The notes under the pieces are model-generated. The model saw nothing but the letters and a program-made list of their open reading frames with translations. It did no database searches and was not told the DNA's origin. DNA of 64,000 nt, taken from Malacoraja senta. Taxonomy: Eukaryota. The stretch lies in contig CM075995.1 of assembly GCA_038087875.1 (NCBI GenBank), positions 7,070,001-7,134,000 on the forward strand, given 5' to 3'. A program made the translations under genes and the position numbers. Positions within the stretch are counted from its first letter, which is position 1. The number at the start of each line of letters is the position of its first letter. Below, piece after piece: positions 25,356 to 38,165 of the stretch.

Positions 25356-25776
25356 TAAACCTGCCCTATCCATGTACCTGTCTAAATGTTTCTTAAACGT
25401 TGGGATAGTCCCAGCCTCAACTACCTCCTATGGCAGCTTGTTCCAAACACCCACCACCCTTTGTGTGAAAAAAATTACCCCTCAGATTCCTATTTAATCT
25501 TTTCCCCTTCACCTTAAACCCATGTCCTCTCGTCCTCGACTCACCTTATCTGGGCAAGAGTCTCTGTGCATCTACCCGATCCATTCCTCTCATGATTTTA
25601 TACACCCCTCATCTATCGATCTCTGCCTTAAAAATATCCACTGACTTGGCCACTGACTGTGCAAATAATTCCACAGATTCACCACCCTCTGGCTACAGAA
25701 ATTTCTCCTCATCTCCTTCCTAAAAGAACGTCCTTTATTTCTGAGGCTGTGCCCTCTAGTCCTCGACTCTCCCACT

Positions 25777-25976
25777 NNNNNNNNNNNNNNNNNNNNNNNN
25801 NNNNNNNNNNNNNNNNNNNNNNNNNNNNNNNNNNNNNNNNNNNNNNNNNNNNNNNNNNNNNNNNNNNNNNNNNNNNNNNNNNNNNNNNNNNNNNNNNNNN
25901 NNNNNNNNNNNNNNNNNNNNNNNNNNNNNNNNNNNNNNNNNNNNNNNNNNNNNNNNNNNNNNNNNNNNNNNNNNNN
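25777..25976. other. Assembly gap (200 N)
   Basis: Run of N. The true size is unknown. Confidence 0.99.
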
Positions 25977-27156
25977 TTTGGTACGGGTGTCTGCTGGAAC
26001 CTGTGACGCTCACGGTGGGTTTTCTCCTGGTGCTCGGTTCCTCCCACCCCGCAGCATTGTTTGTAGGTCAATTGGCTGCTGTAAATTGTCCCCATCAGTC
26101 TTGGTTAGCAAAATATTTTAAAACCGCGGTGATCGTTGCTGCCGGACGGACTCGTGGGCCGAAGGGCCTGTTTCCGCGCTGGATCTCCACGAAACTAATC
26201 AAAGCTATCGAAATTGGTGGGCAGATGGCGGATGGAGTTTAGTCTATTATATTATAATGTGTAACGAGGTACAATGAAAATATTTTATTTGCATGCAATC
26301 CAGTTTACCCCACGACAGAAGGGGGAGGAATTAGACAATAGACAATAGGTGCAGGAGTAGGCCATTACGCCCTTCGAGCCAGCACCGCCATTCAATGTGA
26401 TCATGGCTGATCATCCCCAATCAGTACCCGTTCCTGCCTTCTCCTCATATCTCCTGACTCCGCTATCTTTAAGAGCCCTATCTAACTCACTCTTGAAAGC
26501 ATCCAGAGAACCGGCCTCCACCGCCCTCTGAGGCAAAGAATTCCACAGATGCACAACTCTCTCTGTGTGAAAAGGTATTTCCTCATCTCCGTTCTAAATG
26601 ACTTACCCCTTATTCTTAAACTGTGGCCCCTGGTTCTGGACTCCCCCAACATCGGGAACATGTTTCCTGCCTCTAGCGTGTCCAAACCCTTTGTACAGTT
26701 TGATAGCAACAGGGAAGAAGGATTTCCTGTGGCGTTCTGTCCTGCATCTTGGTGGGACCAGTCTGTTGCTGAAGGTGGTCCTCAGGTTGACCAGTGTGTC
26801 ATGGAAAGGGGCCTGTTTCCGCGCTGTATCTCTAAACTCAATTAAACTAAGAAAAAGTCCATAACTCCCTGAAAATGGCAACGCAAACTGCTGGTGGTAA
26901 AGACGGCAAAAGGTATATCTGCCTTCGTTGGTCAGGGCATTGAGTGTAAGAGTCAGGAAGTCATGGTGCAGCTTTCCAGGTCTTTGGTTAGGAGTGTTGT
27001 GTACAGTTCTGGTTGTCCCATTACTGAAAGAATATAGGTGCTTTGGAGAGGATGCTGCCGGCAATAGAGGGTATAAACTGCAGTATGAGGAGTGGTTGGA
27101 CAAACTCGGATTGTCTTCTGTTGAATGTCCGAGATTGAGGGGGGACCTGATACAAA

Positions 27157-27520
27157 CACGGTTCCACCCACCGATTTTCCGGCACCCCCTGGTTCCAGAG
27201 CCTTGCCGTATTATCCGTTTTGCTGGACCCACAGAGGTCACGGCCTGGTGGGGGTGGGGCCGAGATACCGGCCCGCAAAGTCGGCCTCGGGAGTCCGGCT
27301 ATGGGAACGGATCTGCCGGCTCCAGCCGGGCCGGAGTTCCAGAGCCCCGGCCGCAGGGGGGGGGGGAAGACTCGACCCGCCGATCGGCCGCGGAAGTCCC
27401 GATGAGGTCAAGATCGGCCGCCTCTCCCGGCCTAGCCGCCACATTTTCGGGGGGGTTTCCGGGGGGGGGGGGGGGGGGGGGATTTCAAGTGCGCTCTGGT
27501 AATTTTGTCCAGGTTAAAGG
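27157..27520. mobile_element. GC-rich putative DNA-transposon MITE (TcMar/Tigger-like ends)
   Basis: Begins CACGGTTCCACCCACCGATTTTCCGGCACCC. A related copy at ~30218-30970 is split by a CR1. Confidence 0.4.
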
Positions 27521-30500
27521 AGGCTGTGGAGGCTAAGTCAATGGAATTGATGGGCCGAATGGCCTAATTCTCTCCTATCACTTATGACCATATGACCACC
27601 AGTTGCTGGAAATTCAGTGGTGGACCTGTATTTATGTTTATATTAATATTCAACCTTGAAGTCCTGTTTGACACTGAAAAATGAAACACTTTGTCCAGAG
27701 CAGCCAATTTACAAAGGTTTCCAAGCTTTCAAGTGATGTATTATTACAACTAATTTTGTCTGAATTAAAGAGCTGACCACAAGTGATAGAGTCATAGAGT
27801 GATACAGTGTGGAAACAGGCCCTTCGGCCCAACTTGCCCATACCGGCCAACATGTCCCAGCTACACCAGTCCCACCTGCCCACGCTTGGTCCATATCCCT
27901 CCAAACCTGTCCTATCCATGTATCCTTTTAACTGTTTCTTAAATGTTGGGATAGTCCCAGCCCCAACTACCTCCTCTGGCAGCTTGTTCCAATCACCCAC
28001 CACCCTTTGCGTGAAAACGTTACCCCTCGGATTTTCCTATTAAATCTTTTCCCCTTCACCTGAAACCTATGATTCTCGATTCCCTACTCTGGGCAAGAGA
28101 CTCTGTGCATCTACCCGACATATTCCTCTCATGATTTTGTACACCTCGATAAGATCACCCCTCTCATCCTCCTGCGCTCCATGGCATAGAGTCCCAGCCG
28201 ACTCAACATCTCCCTATAGCTCACACCCTCTAGTCCTGGCAACATCCTCATAAATCGTCTCCGAACCTTTTCAAGCTTGACAATATCTGTCCTATAATAT
28301 GGTGCCCAGAACTGAACCCAATATTCTAAATGTGGCCTCACCGACATCATATACAACAGCAACAGCGGATACATCGCTGGTGGATCTGTATATGAAATGA
28401 TGGGAGGTATTGGAAAGCGTGGACAGTCCGGACGGACAAACACTTCTTCACACAGAGAGTTGAGAGTCTGTGGAATTCTCTGCCTCAGAGGCCGGTTCTC
28501 TGCATACTTTCAAGAGAGAGCACGATAGAAACATAGAAACATAGAAAATAGGTGTAGGAGTAGGCCATTCGGCCCTTCGAGCCTGCACCGCCATTCAATA
28601 TGATCATGGCTGATCATCCAACTCAGTATCCTGTACCCGCCTTCTCTCCATACCCCCTGATCCCTTTAGCCACAAGGGCCACATCTAACTCCCTCTTAAG
28701 TATAGCTCTATAGGGCTCTTAAAGGTAGCAGAGTCAGGGGATATGGGGAGAAGGCAGGAACGGGGTACTGATTGGGGTACGGATGATCAGCCATGATCGC
28801 ATTGAATGGCGGTGCTGGCTCGAAGGGCCGAATGGCCTACTCCTGCACCTATTGTCTATTGTCTATAGAACCACCTCGATGGGAGGAATGCGAGGCAAGT
28901 TTTTTTCGCCCAGAGGGTGGGTGGGTGTTGCTGGAACGCGCTGCCAGGGGTGGTGGTGGAGGAGACAGATACAATATTGGCATTGAAGAAGCTTTTTGGA
29001 AGGGCTCATGGATATGGATCGCGTGCAGGTAGGGGAGATGAATGTAACTTGGCGTCCTGGTTGGCACATTGTGTTCTTGTACACTGCTGTTCTATTTTTG
29101 CAGGAACTCAGCGCATTTGGGGGTAGATTTTGTGACGCTGTGCTTCTAATGAGTAATTTCTCTCAGCGGGGAATCTGTGACCTGAAATGTCCTGACTCAC
29201 AGTCATAGAGTCATACAGTGTGGAAACAAGCCCAGTGAGTCCGCGCCGACCAACATGTCCCATCCACACTAGTCCCACCTGCCCGCGTTTGGGCCATATC
29301 CCTCCAAACCTGCCCTATCCAGTACCTGTCCAAATGTTTCTTAAACATTGCGATAGTCCCTGCCTCAACTCTCTGCCTCAGAGGGCGGTGGAGGCCGGTT
29401 CTCTGGATACTTTCAAGAGAAAGCTAGATAGGGCTCTTGAAGATAGCGGAGTCAGGGGATATGGGGAGAAGGCAGGAACGAGATACTGATTGGGGATGAT
29501 CAGCCATGATCACAATGAATGGCGGTGCTGGTCTGAAGGGCCGAATGCCCTACTCCTGCACCCATTGTCTATTGTTTATTGTCGACTACCTCCTCCGGCA
29601 GCTCGTTCCATACACCCACCACCTTTTGTGTAAAAACAAAAAGTTACCACTCAGATTCTAACTAAATCTTTTCCCTCTCATCTTTAGCCTATGTCCTCTG
29701 GTTCCCTATTCCCTCACTCTGGGTGAAAGTCCCTGTGCCTCCGCCCGATCTATTCCTCTCCTGATTTTGTACACCTCTACAAGATCGCCCCTCAACTTCC
29801 TGCCCTCCAAGGAACAGAGTCCCAGCCTGTTCAACCTCTCTCCATAAGCTCAGTCTCTCGAGTCCTGGCAACATCCTCGTAAATCTTCTCTGCACCCTTT
29901 TCAGCTTGGAAAAGCATAATGTATAACGCATTCCACACCTCCCAACTCACGCAGTGTAAATCAGTCCCTCCAGCGTTCAGTAGCATGTGAGTCGGATTAG
30001 ATAGGGTAGGCAGTCAGAATCTTTCTCCTCGAATGGAAAAATCAAATACTAGAGGGCATCACTTTAAGGTGAGAGGGGCAAAGTTGAAAGATGTGCAGGG
30101 AAAGTTTTTTTACACAGAGGGTGGTGAGTGCCTGGAACGCGTTGATGGACGTGGTGTTTGAAGCAGATACCTTAGTAAGGTTCAAAAGACATTTGGATAG
30201 GCACACGGATATGGAGTCACGGGTCCACCACCGGTTTTCCGGCACCCTTGGTTCCAGAGCCTTTCCGGAAAATCCGTTTTACACAATAGACAATAGACAA
30301 TAGGTGCAGGAGTAGGCCATTTGGCCCTTCGGACCAGCACTGCCATTCAATGTGATCATTGCTGATCATCCCCAATCAGTACCCCGTTCCTGCCTTCTCC
30401 CCATATCCCCTGACTCCGCTATTTTTAAGAGCCCTATCTAGCTCTCTCTTGAAAGCATCCAAAGAACCGGCCTCCACCGCCCTCTGAGGCAGAGAATTCC

Positions 30501-31864
30501 ACAGACTCACCACTCTCTGTGAGAAAAAGTGTTTCCTCGTCTCCATTCTAAATGGCTTACTCCTTATTCTTAAACTGTGGCCCCTGGTTCTGGACTCCCC
30601 CAACATCGGGAACATGTTTCCTGCCTCTCTCGTGTCCAAGCCCTTAACAATCTTTGTTTTCACGGACCAACAGAGGTCACGGCCTCCGAGAGGAGTCCAA
30701 CGTCACCGGAAACGTTCCGAGGGGCCGAGACCTCGGCCTTGGAAGTCGGCTATGATAACGGATCTGCTGGCTCCGGTCAGAGTTCCAGAGCCAAGGTCAC
30801 AGGGGGGGGGGGCAAATTCCACCCTACCCGCCGATGAGGTCGAGATCAGCCGTCTCACCCGGCCTAGGCACCACATTTTGGGGATTGGTGGGGGGGGGGG
30901 GGGGCGCGTCCGCAAAGGGATTTCTAGTGAGATCTGGTCATTTTGTCTGGATTAAAGGAGGTGCCGGAGCAATAGTTTAGTTTTGTTTAGATACACAGCA
31001 CGGAAATAGGCCCCTTTGGCCCATAGAGTCCGCACGTTAACACAGGTGATGCGCACTTAGATAGAGCTCTTAAAGATAGCAGAGTCAAGGGATATGGGGA
31101 GAAGGCAGGGACGGGGCACTGATTGTGGATGATCAGCCATGATCACAGTGAATGGCGGTGCTGGCTCGAAGGGCCAAATGGCCTACTCCTGCACCTACTG
31201 TCTATTGTCCATAGATAAGAGATGGTCTTGGCATCATGTTCGGCACAGACATTGTGGGCCGAAGGGCCTGTTCTTGGGCTGTACTGTTCCAGGTTGACCG
31301 AGAAACCTCATTCCCCATTTATTTTTTTTTAGTTTTGGTTTTACAGCGTGGAAACAGGCCCTTCGGCCCACCGTGTCCGCACACTAACACTATCCTACAC
31401 ACACTGGGGACAAGTTTTACATTTACACTAAGCCATTTACGCCAACCTGCACGTCTTTGGAGTGTGGGAGGAAACCGAAGTTCCTGGAGAAAACCCACGG
31501 GGAGAACGTGCAAACTCCGTACAGGCAGTCGGGATCGAACCCGGGTGTCTGGCGCCGTAAAGGCAGCAAGCCTGCCGTGCCGCCCCGAATAACTGCCAGA
31601 AAATCAGTGGCGGGCCTGTACGTGGGTAGTGCGCGGGTAGATATGTGATAGTCTTGACATTGTGGGCCGAAGGGCCTGTTCTTGTGCTGCACCGTTCCTA
31701 CCCAGGAACCTCACTTAGTCATTCATTCGCCACGCCATTCATCCGCCACGCTCGTGACCGGGGGGAAATATCGGAAAATTATGATACTGCCTTGTTTGAA
31801 AACTACATTGTGACACAAAGTTGGTGGGGCAGCAATCTCACAGTGAATGTATCATCTATTGCAG

Positions 31865-32009
31865 GACAGACAGATAAGTTCCAAAATTCCTTTCAGGGTT
31901 CCAAGCTGAATGGTGGCGATATGGCCCTCGCTCTTTATTCAGCCTTATACTCTTACTCGGGATGGGACACTCTCAACTTTGTGACCGAAGAACTTCACAA
32001 CCCTGAAAG
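31865..32009 (+). CDS. SLC7A6-like: y+L amino acid transporter (SLC7A6/SLC7A7 family), internal exon, 145 bp
   Basis: Encodes (G)[47 protein letters not shown](R), containing the LAT TM6 signature [13 protein letters not shown]. Acceptor tattgcag|GA, donor AG|gtgagt. Starts phase 1, ends phase 2. Confidence 0.95.
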
Positions 32010-32025
32010 GTGAGTCTTTACTGTT

Positions 32026-33300
32026 GCTGGGCTTGTACACTCTGGAGTTTAGAAGGATGAGGGGGATCTCATTGAAACATATCAGGTTATTAAGGGTTTC
32101 GACACACTAGAGGCAGGAAACATGTTCCCGATGTTGGGGGAGTCCGGAACCAGGGGCCACACAGTTTTAAGAATAAGGAGTAAGCCATTTAGAACGGAGA
32201 CGAGGAAACACTTTTTCTCACAGAGAGTGGTGAGTCTGTGGAATTCTCTGCCTCAGAGGGCGGTGGAGGCAGGTTCTCTGGATGCTTTCAAGAGAGAGCT
32301 AGATAGGGCTCTTAAAAATAGCGGAATCAGGGGATATGGGGAGAAGGCAGGAACGGGGTACTGATTGGGGATGATCAGCCATGATCACATTGAATGGCGG
32401 TGCTGGCTCGAAGGGCCAAATGGCCTACTGCACCTATTGTCTATTGTCTGTTTGAGAACGACAACAATGCTGAAGATCCCTCTTCTTCCATCTTCTTCTA
32501 TTCTCACACAGAGAAGTGTGAGGTGTTGCATTGTGGGACGTCGAACGAGGGCAGGACCTACACAGTAAATGGTAGGCCTCTGGGGAGTGTTGTGGAGCAG
32601 AGGGATCTAGGAGTACAGGTGCATGGTTCCTTGAAGGTCAAGTCGCAGGTGGATAAGGTGGTCAAAAAGGCTTTTGGCACATTGGCCTTCATCAGTCAGA
32701 GGATTGAATATAGAAGTTGGGAGGTCATGTTGCAATTGTTTTAGACGTTGGTGAGAACCGCATTTAGAGTATTGCGTTCAGTTCTGGGCACCATGTTATA
32801 GGAAAGATATTGTCAAGCTGGAAAGGGTTCAGAGATGATTTACAAGGATGTTGCCAGGACTAGAGGGTGTGAGCTATAGGGAGAAGGCTGGGTCTCTATT
32901 CCTTGGAGCGCAGGAAGATGAGAGGTGATCTTATAGAGGTGTATAAAATCATGAGAGGAGTAGATTGGATAGATGCACAGAGTCTTTTACCCAGAGTAGG
33001 GGAATCAAGGACCAGAGGACATAGGTTCAAGGTGAAGGGGAACAGATTTAATGGGAATCTGAGAGGTAACTTTTTCACACAAAGGGTGGTGGGTGTATGG
33101 AACAAGCTGCCAGAAGAGGTAGTTGAGGCTGGGACTATCCAATGTTTAAGAAACAGTTGGACAGGTACATGGATAGGATAAGTTTGGAGGGATATGGACC
33201 AAACGCAGGCAGGTAGGACTAGTGTAGCTGGGATATGTTGGCCGGTGTGGGCAAGTTGGGCTGAAGGGCCTGTTTCCACACTGCATCACTCGATGACTCT
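32026..33300 (+). mobile_element. Two tandem CR1 3' fragments directly after the 145-bp exon
   Basis: MFPMLGESGTRGH...(TGTCTAT) tail to ~32450. Then EKCEVLHCG...QRDLGVQVHGSLK...RGNFFTQRVVGVWNKLP from a second subfamily. Confidence 0.85.
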
Positions 33301-34217
33301 GTCCATTTGGAAGGATCATAAGTGATAGAAAATAGGTGCAGGAGGAGGACACTCGGCCCATCGAGCCATTCAGAATGATCTAAAATAAGGACTCCGTTCC
33401 TGCTTTCTCCTCATATCAACAAATGTGATATGAGCAAATGATTAAAAATAAGACATTGCAAAGATAGTTTATTTGTTGCATATTAGAGCTTGTGGTAATA
33501 TTTTAAAAATTGACTGAGCAATCTAGAAGACATTGTCATGAATTCTACACCTCTGCATCATTCTAAAGTCAGAGGTCACGTCAAACACTTCCACAAGGAA
33601 ATTTCAGGTTTTCTGTGGAAGTTATGGGTAATAATATCGAGCCCTCTTTTATCAACAAATCAATTTAACTGATAGGTGTAGAATTAGGTCATTCGGCCCA
33701 TCAAGTCTACTCCGCCATTCAATCATGGCTGATCTATCTCTCCCTCCTAACCCCATTCTCCTGCCTTCTCCCCATAACCCCTGACACCCGTACTAATCAA
33801 GAGTCTATCTATCTCTGCCTTAAATATATCCACTGACTTGGCCTCCGCAGCCTTCTGTGGCAAAGAATTCCACAGATTCACCACCCTCTGACTAAAGAAA
33901 TTCCTCCTCATCTCCCTCCAAAAAGAACGTCCTTTAATTCTGAGGCTGTGACCTCTAGTCCTAGACTCTCCCACGTGGAAACATCCTCTCCACATCCACT
34001 CTATCCAACCGATGAGAGGGATGAGAATGAGATGGATGAGGGGACACCTCATTGAAACTTACTCTGGCTTTGAGAATGATCCCAGGAATGAGTGGTTAAC
34101 ATCTGATGAGTGCTTCACGGCACTGGGCCTGTAGTTTAGGTTAGTTTAGAGATACAGCGCAGATCAGCCCCTTCGCCCCACCGACCAGCGATCCCCGCAT
34201 GTTAACACTCTCTTATA

Positions 34218-35856
34218 CAGTGCTCTCCATAATGTTTGGGACAAAGGCCCATCATTTATTTATTTGCCTCTGTACTGAATTTGAGATTTGTAATAGAAAA
34301 AAAATCACATGCACGTTGTTAAAGTGCACATTGTCAGATTTTAATAAAGGCCATTTTTATACATTTTGGTTTCACCATGTAGAAATTACAGCTGTGTTTA
34401 TACATAGTCCCCCCATTTCCGGGCACCATAATGTTTGGGACACAGCAATGTCATGTAAATGAAAGTAGTCATGTTTAGTATTTTGTTGCATATCCTTAAT
34501 GACTGCTTGAAGTCTGCGATTCATGGAATCACCAGTTGCTGGGTGTCTTCTCTGGTGATGCTCTGCCAGGCCTGTATTGCAGCCATCTTTAGCTTATGCT
34601 TGTTTTGGGGGCTAGTCCCCTTCAGTTTTCTCTTCAGCATATAAAAGGCATGTTCAATTGGGTTCAGATCGGGTGATTGGCCACTCATGAATTGACCATT
34701 TTTTAGCTTTGAAAAACTCCTTTGTTGCTTTAGCTGTATGTTTGGGATCATTGTCTTGCTGTAGAATGAACCGCTGACCAATGCGTTTTGAGGCATTTGT
34801 TTGAACTTGAGCAGATAGGATGTGTCTATACACTTCAGAATTCATTCTGCTACTACCATCAGCAGTTGTATCATCAATGAAGATAAGTGAGCCAGTACCT
34901 TCAGCAGCCAAACATGCCCAGGCCATAACACCCCCACCACTGTGTTTCACAGATGAAGTGGTATGCTTTGGATCTTGGGCAGTTCCTTCTCTCCTCCATA
35001 CTTTGCTCTTGCCATCACTCTGATAAAAGTTAATCTTCGTCTCATCTGTCCACAAGACCTTTTTCCAGAACTGTGGTTGCTCTTTTAAGTACTTTTTGGC
35101 AAACTGTAACCTGGCCATCCTATTTTTGTGGCTAGCCAGTGGTTTGCATCTGGCAGTGTAGCCTCTGTATTTCTGTTCATGAAGTCTTCTGCAGACAGTG
35201 GTCATTGACAAATCCACACCGGACTCCTGAAGAGTGTTTCTGATCTGTCGGACAGGTGTTTGTGGATTTTTCTTTATTATAGAGAGAATTCTTCAGTCCT
35301 CAGCTGTGGAGGTCTTCCTTGGCCTGCCAGTCCCTTTGCGATTAATAAGCTCACCAGTGCTCTCTTTCTTCTTAATGATGTTCCAAACAGTTGATTTTGG
35401 TAAGCCTAAGGTTTGGCTGATGTCTCTAACAGATCTATTCTTGTTTCTCAGTCTCATAATGGCTTCTTTGACTTTCATTGGCACAACTTTGGTCCTCATG
35501 TTGATAAACAGCGATAAAAATTTCCAAAGGTGATGGAAAGACTGGAGGAAAGACTAGGTGCTGAGAGCTCACTTATACCTGCATTAAGGAGGCAATTAAA
35601 CACACCTGAGCAATTACAAACACCTGTGAAGCCATGTGTCCCAAACATTATGGTGCCCTGAAATGGGGGGACTATGTATAAACACAGCTGTAATTTCTAC
35701 ATGGTGAAACCAAAATATATAAAAATGACCTTTAATAAAATCTGACAATGTGCACTTTAACCACATGTGATTTTTTTCTATTACAAATGTCAAATTCAGT
35801 ACAGAGGCAAATAAATAAATGATGGATCTTTGTCCCAAACATTATGGAGGGCACCT
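34218..35856 (-). mobile_element. Full-length Tc1 (DD34E) transposon with ~220-bp IR/DR inverted repeats
   Basis: TA|CAGTGCTCTCCATAATGTTTGGGACA...TGTCCCAAACATTATGGAGGGCACCT|TA. An inner direct repeat CCATAATGTTTGGGACA occurs in each TIR. Length 1639 bp. Confidence 0.95.
34500..35499 (-). pseudogene. Tc1 transposase pseudogene
   Basis: Paired-like HTH plus GRPRK, then WTDETK, QQDNDPKH and SPDLNPIE. In-frame TGA at 35293-35295 and a frameshift near 34680. Confidence 0.92.
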
Positions 35857-36169
35857 TATTCTATTTATTTTTTATCTTATTACTTTATTGTCGTTGTAGT
35901 GGTGCATGGAATGGAATTCATGCGCACTGGCTGCGGGGAGCTCAAATGTACAAGATTAAAAATAACAATAAAATGACAGCAAAAAAGTGAGAAGAATAAA
36001 AAAATTGTTCATACACTCACATGCACATACACACGGATTCACACACGCATACACATTATGCTGACATATGCACCCTTACGAGGATAGAAGATATTGCACT
36101 CACAAGGTCATTGTCAGAGTATAAGATTTTGCACATAATAGTATAATAATAAATATTGTAAATGAATAT

Positions 36170-36720
36170 ATCAGGTATTGCACAAAGGTAGGTATTGTAC
36201 AGTATAAATATTGGCTATGGGGGGTGTGTATTCAGTACAGAGTTCAGTGTGGTGATGGCCTTGGGGTAGAAACTGTTTGTTCATCTTGTGGCGAGTGATT
36301 TGATGGACCTGTAACGCTTTCCTGAGGGCAGAAGGGCAAGCAAGTGATGTGCGGGATGAGATAAGTCCTTTAGGATGCGTGATGCCTTCCGCAGGCAACG
36401 GGAGCGATAGATCTCTTCCAGGGCAGGCAGGTGTGTGTCGGTGATCTTCTGGGCTGTGTCGATGACTCTCTGCAGAGCCTTCTTGTCAGCCGCAGAACTT
36501 TGGCCATGATACCACACCAGGATGCCATGTGTCAGGACACTCGCTATGGAGCAAAGGTAGAATGACATTAGCAGCTGTTGTGGCAAGTTGACTTTCCTGA
36601 GTGAAGCCATTGTTCTGCCTTCTTAACCAAAGAGTTTATGTTGGTTGACCACCTGAGATCTTCTGAGATGTGGGTGCCCAGGAACCTGAAACTGGGGACT
36701 TGATCCACTCTCCGTTTCTG
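36170..36720 (-). mobile_element. Rex1/Babar-like LINE 3' fragment
   Basis: LRKVNLPQQLLMSFY..IASVLT.GILVWY...LQRVIDTAQKI...SHPAHHL..LLPSGKRYRS. Confidence 0.75.
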
Positions 36721-37711
36721 TGCAGTGGGGGATGGGCACTAGGGACATTTTTTATCAAGCCAACTTTTTACCAAGCCAATTAATAGACAATAGACAATAG
36801 GTGCAGGAGTAGGCCCTTCAAGCCAGCACCGCCATTCAATGTGACCATGGCTGATCATCCACACTCAGTACCCCGTTCCTGCCTTCTCCCCATATCCCCT
36901 GACTCTGCTATCTTTAAGAGCCCTATCTAACTCTCTCTTGAAAGCATCCAGAGAACCGGCCTCCACCGCCCTCTGAAGCAGAGAATTCCACAGACTCACC
37001 ACTCTCTGTGAGAAAAAGTGTTTCCTCGTCTCCGTTCTAAATGGCTTACCCCTTATTCTTAAACTGTGGCCCCCTGGATCAGATAGTACACGATCAGATT
37101 GGGCGGCACGGAGGCGCAGCGGTAGAGTTGCTGCCGTACGGCGCCAGAGACCCGGGTTCGATCCTAACTACGGGTGGAATAAATGTAGAAGTTGTCCCCA
37201 GTGTGTGTCGGATAGTGTTGGAGTGCGGGGATCACTGGTCTGTCCAGACTCCGTGGGCCGAAGGGCCTGTTTTAGGAGCTTCTTGTGCACCAGTTGAGTT
37301 GAGTTAGTATGGTTTTGTCATTCAACCACTGACACGGTGGCGCAGCGGTAGAGTTGCTGCCTCACGGCGCCAGAGACCCGGGTTCGATCCTGACTACGGG
37401 TGCTGTCTGTACGGAGTTTGTACGTTCTCCCCGTGACCTGCGTAGCTTTTGTCCGGGTGCTCCGGTTTCCTCCCACATTCCAAAAACGTGCAGATTTGTA
37501 GGTTGATACAAAATGCTGGAACAACTCAGCCCGAAACGTCATCCATTCCTCCTCTATCCAGAGATGCTGCCTGTCCCACTGAGTTACTACAGCATTTTGT
37601 GTCTATCTTCGGTGTAAACCAGCACCTGCAGTTCCTTCCTTTGTAGGTTAATTGGCTACTGTAAATTCTCCCCAGTGCGTAAGATGGAACTGGTATACAG
37701 AGATCGCTGGT

Positions 37712-38165
37712 CGACAATAGGTGCAGGAGTAGGCCATTCGGCCCCTTCGAGCCAGCACAGCCATTCACTGTGATCATGGCTGATCATCCACACTCAGTAC
37801 CCCGTTCCTGCCTTCTCCCCATATCCCCTGACTCTGCTATCTTTAAGAGCTCTATCTAACTCTCTCTTGAAAGCATCCAGAGAATTGGCCTCCACTGCCT
37901 TCTGAGGCAGAGAATTCCACAATTCACAACTCTCTGGGTGAAAATGTTTTTCCTCATCTCCGTTTTAAATGGTTTATCCCTTATTCTTAAACTGTGGCCC
38001 CTGGTTCTGGACTCCCCCAACATCGGGAACATGTTTCCTTCCTCTAGCATGTCCAATCCCTTAATAATCTTATACGTTTCAATAAGATGCCCTCTCATCC
38101 TTCTAAATTCCAGTGTATACAAGCCCAGCCGCTCCATTCTTTCAACCTGTGACAGTCCTGCCAGG
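37712..38165 (-). mobile_element. CR1 3' fragment
   Basis: MERLGLYTLEFRRMRGHLIETYKII followed by the 3' UTR. Confidence 0.85.

Noticed and set aside
31645..31864. N-terminal part of the 122-aa ORF preceding the transporter exon
   Set aside because: Chance open intronic frame. Homology starts at the AG acceptor (31863-31864).
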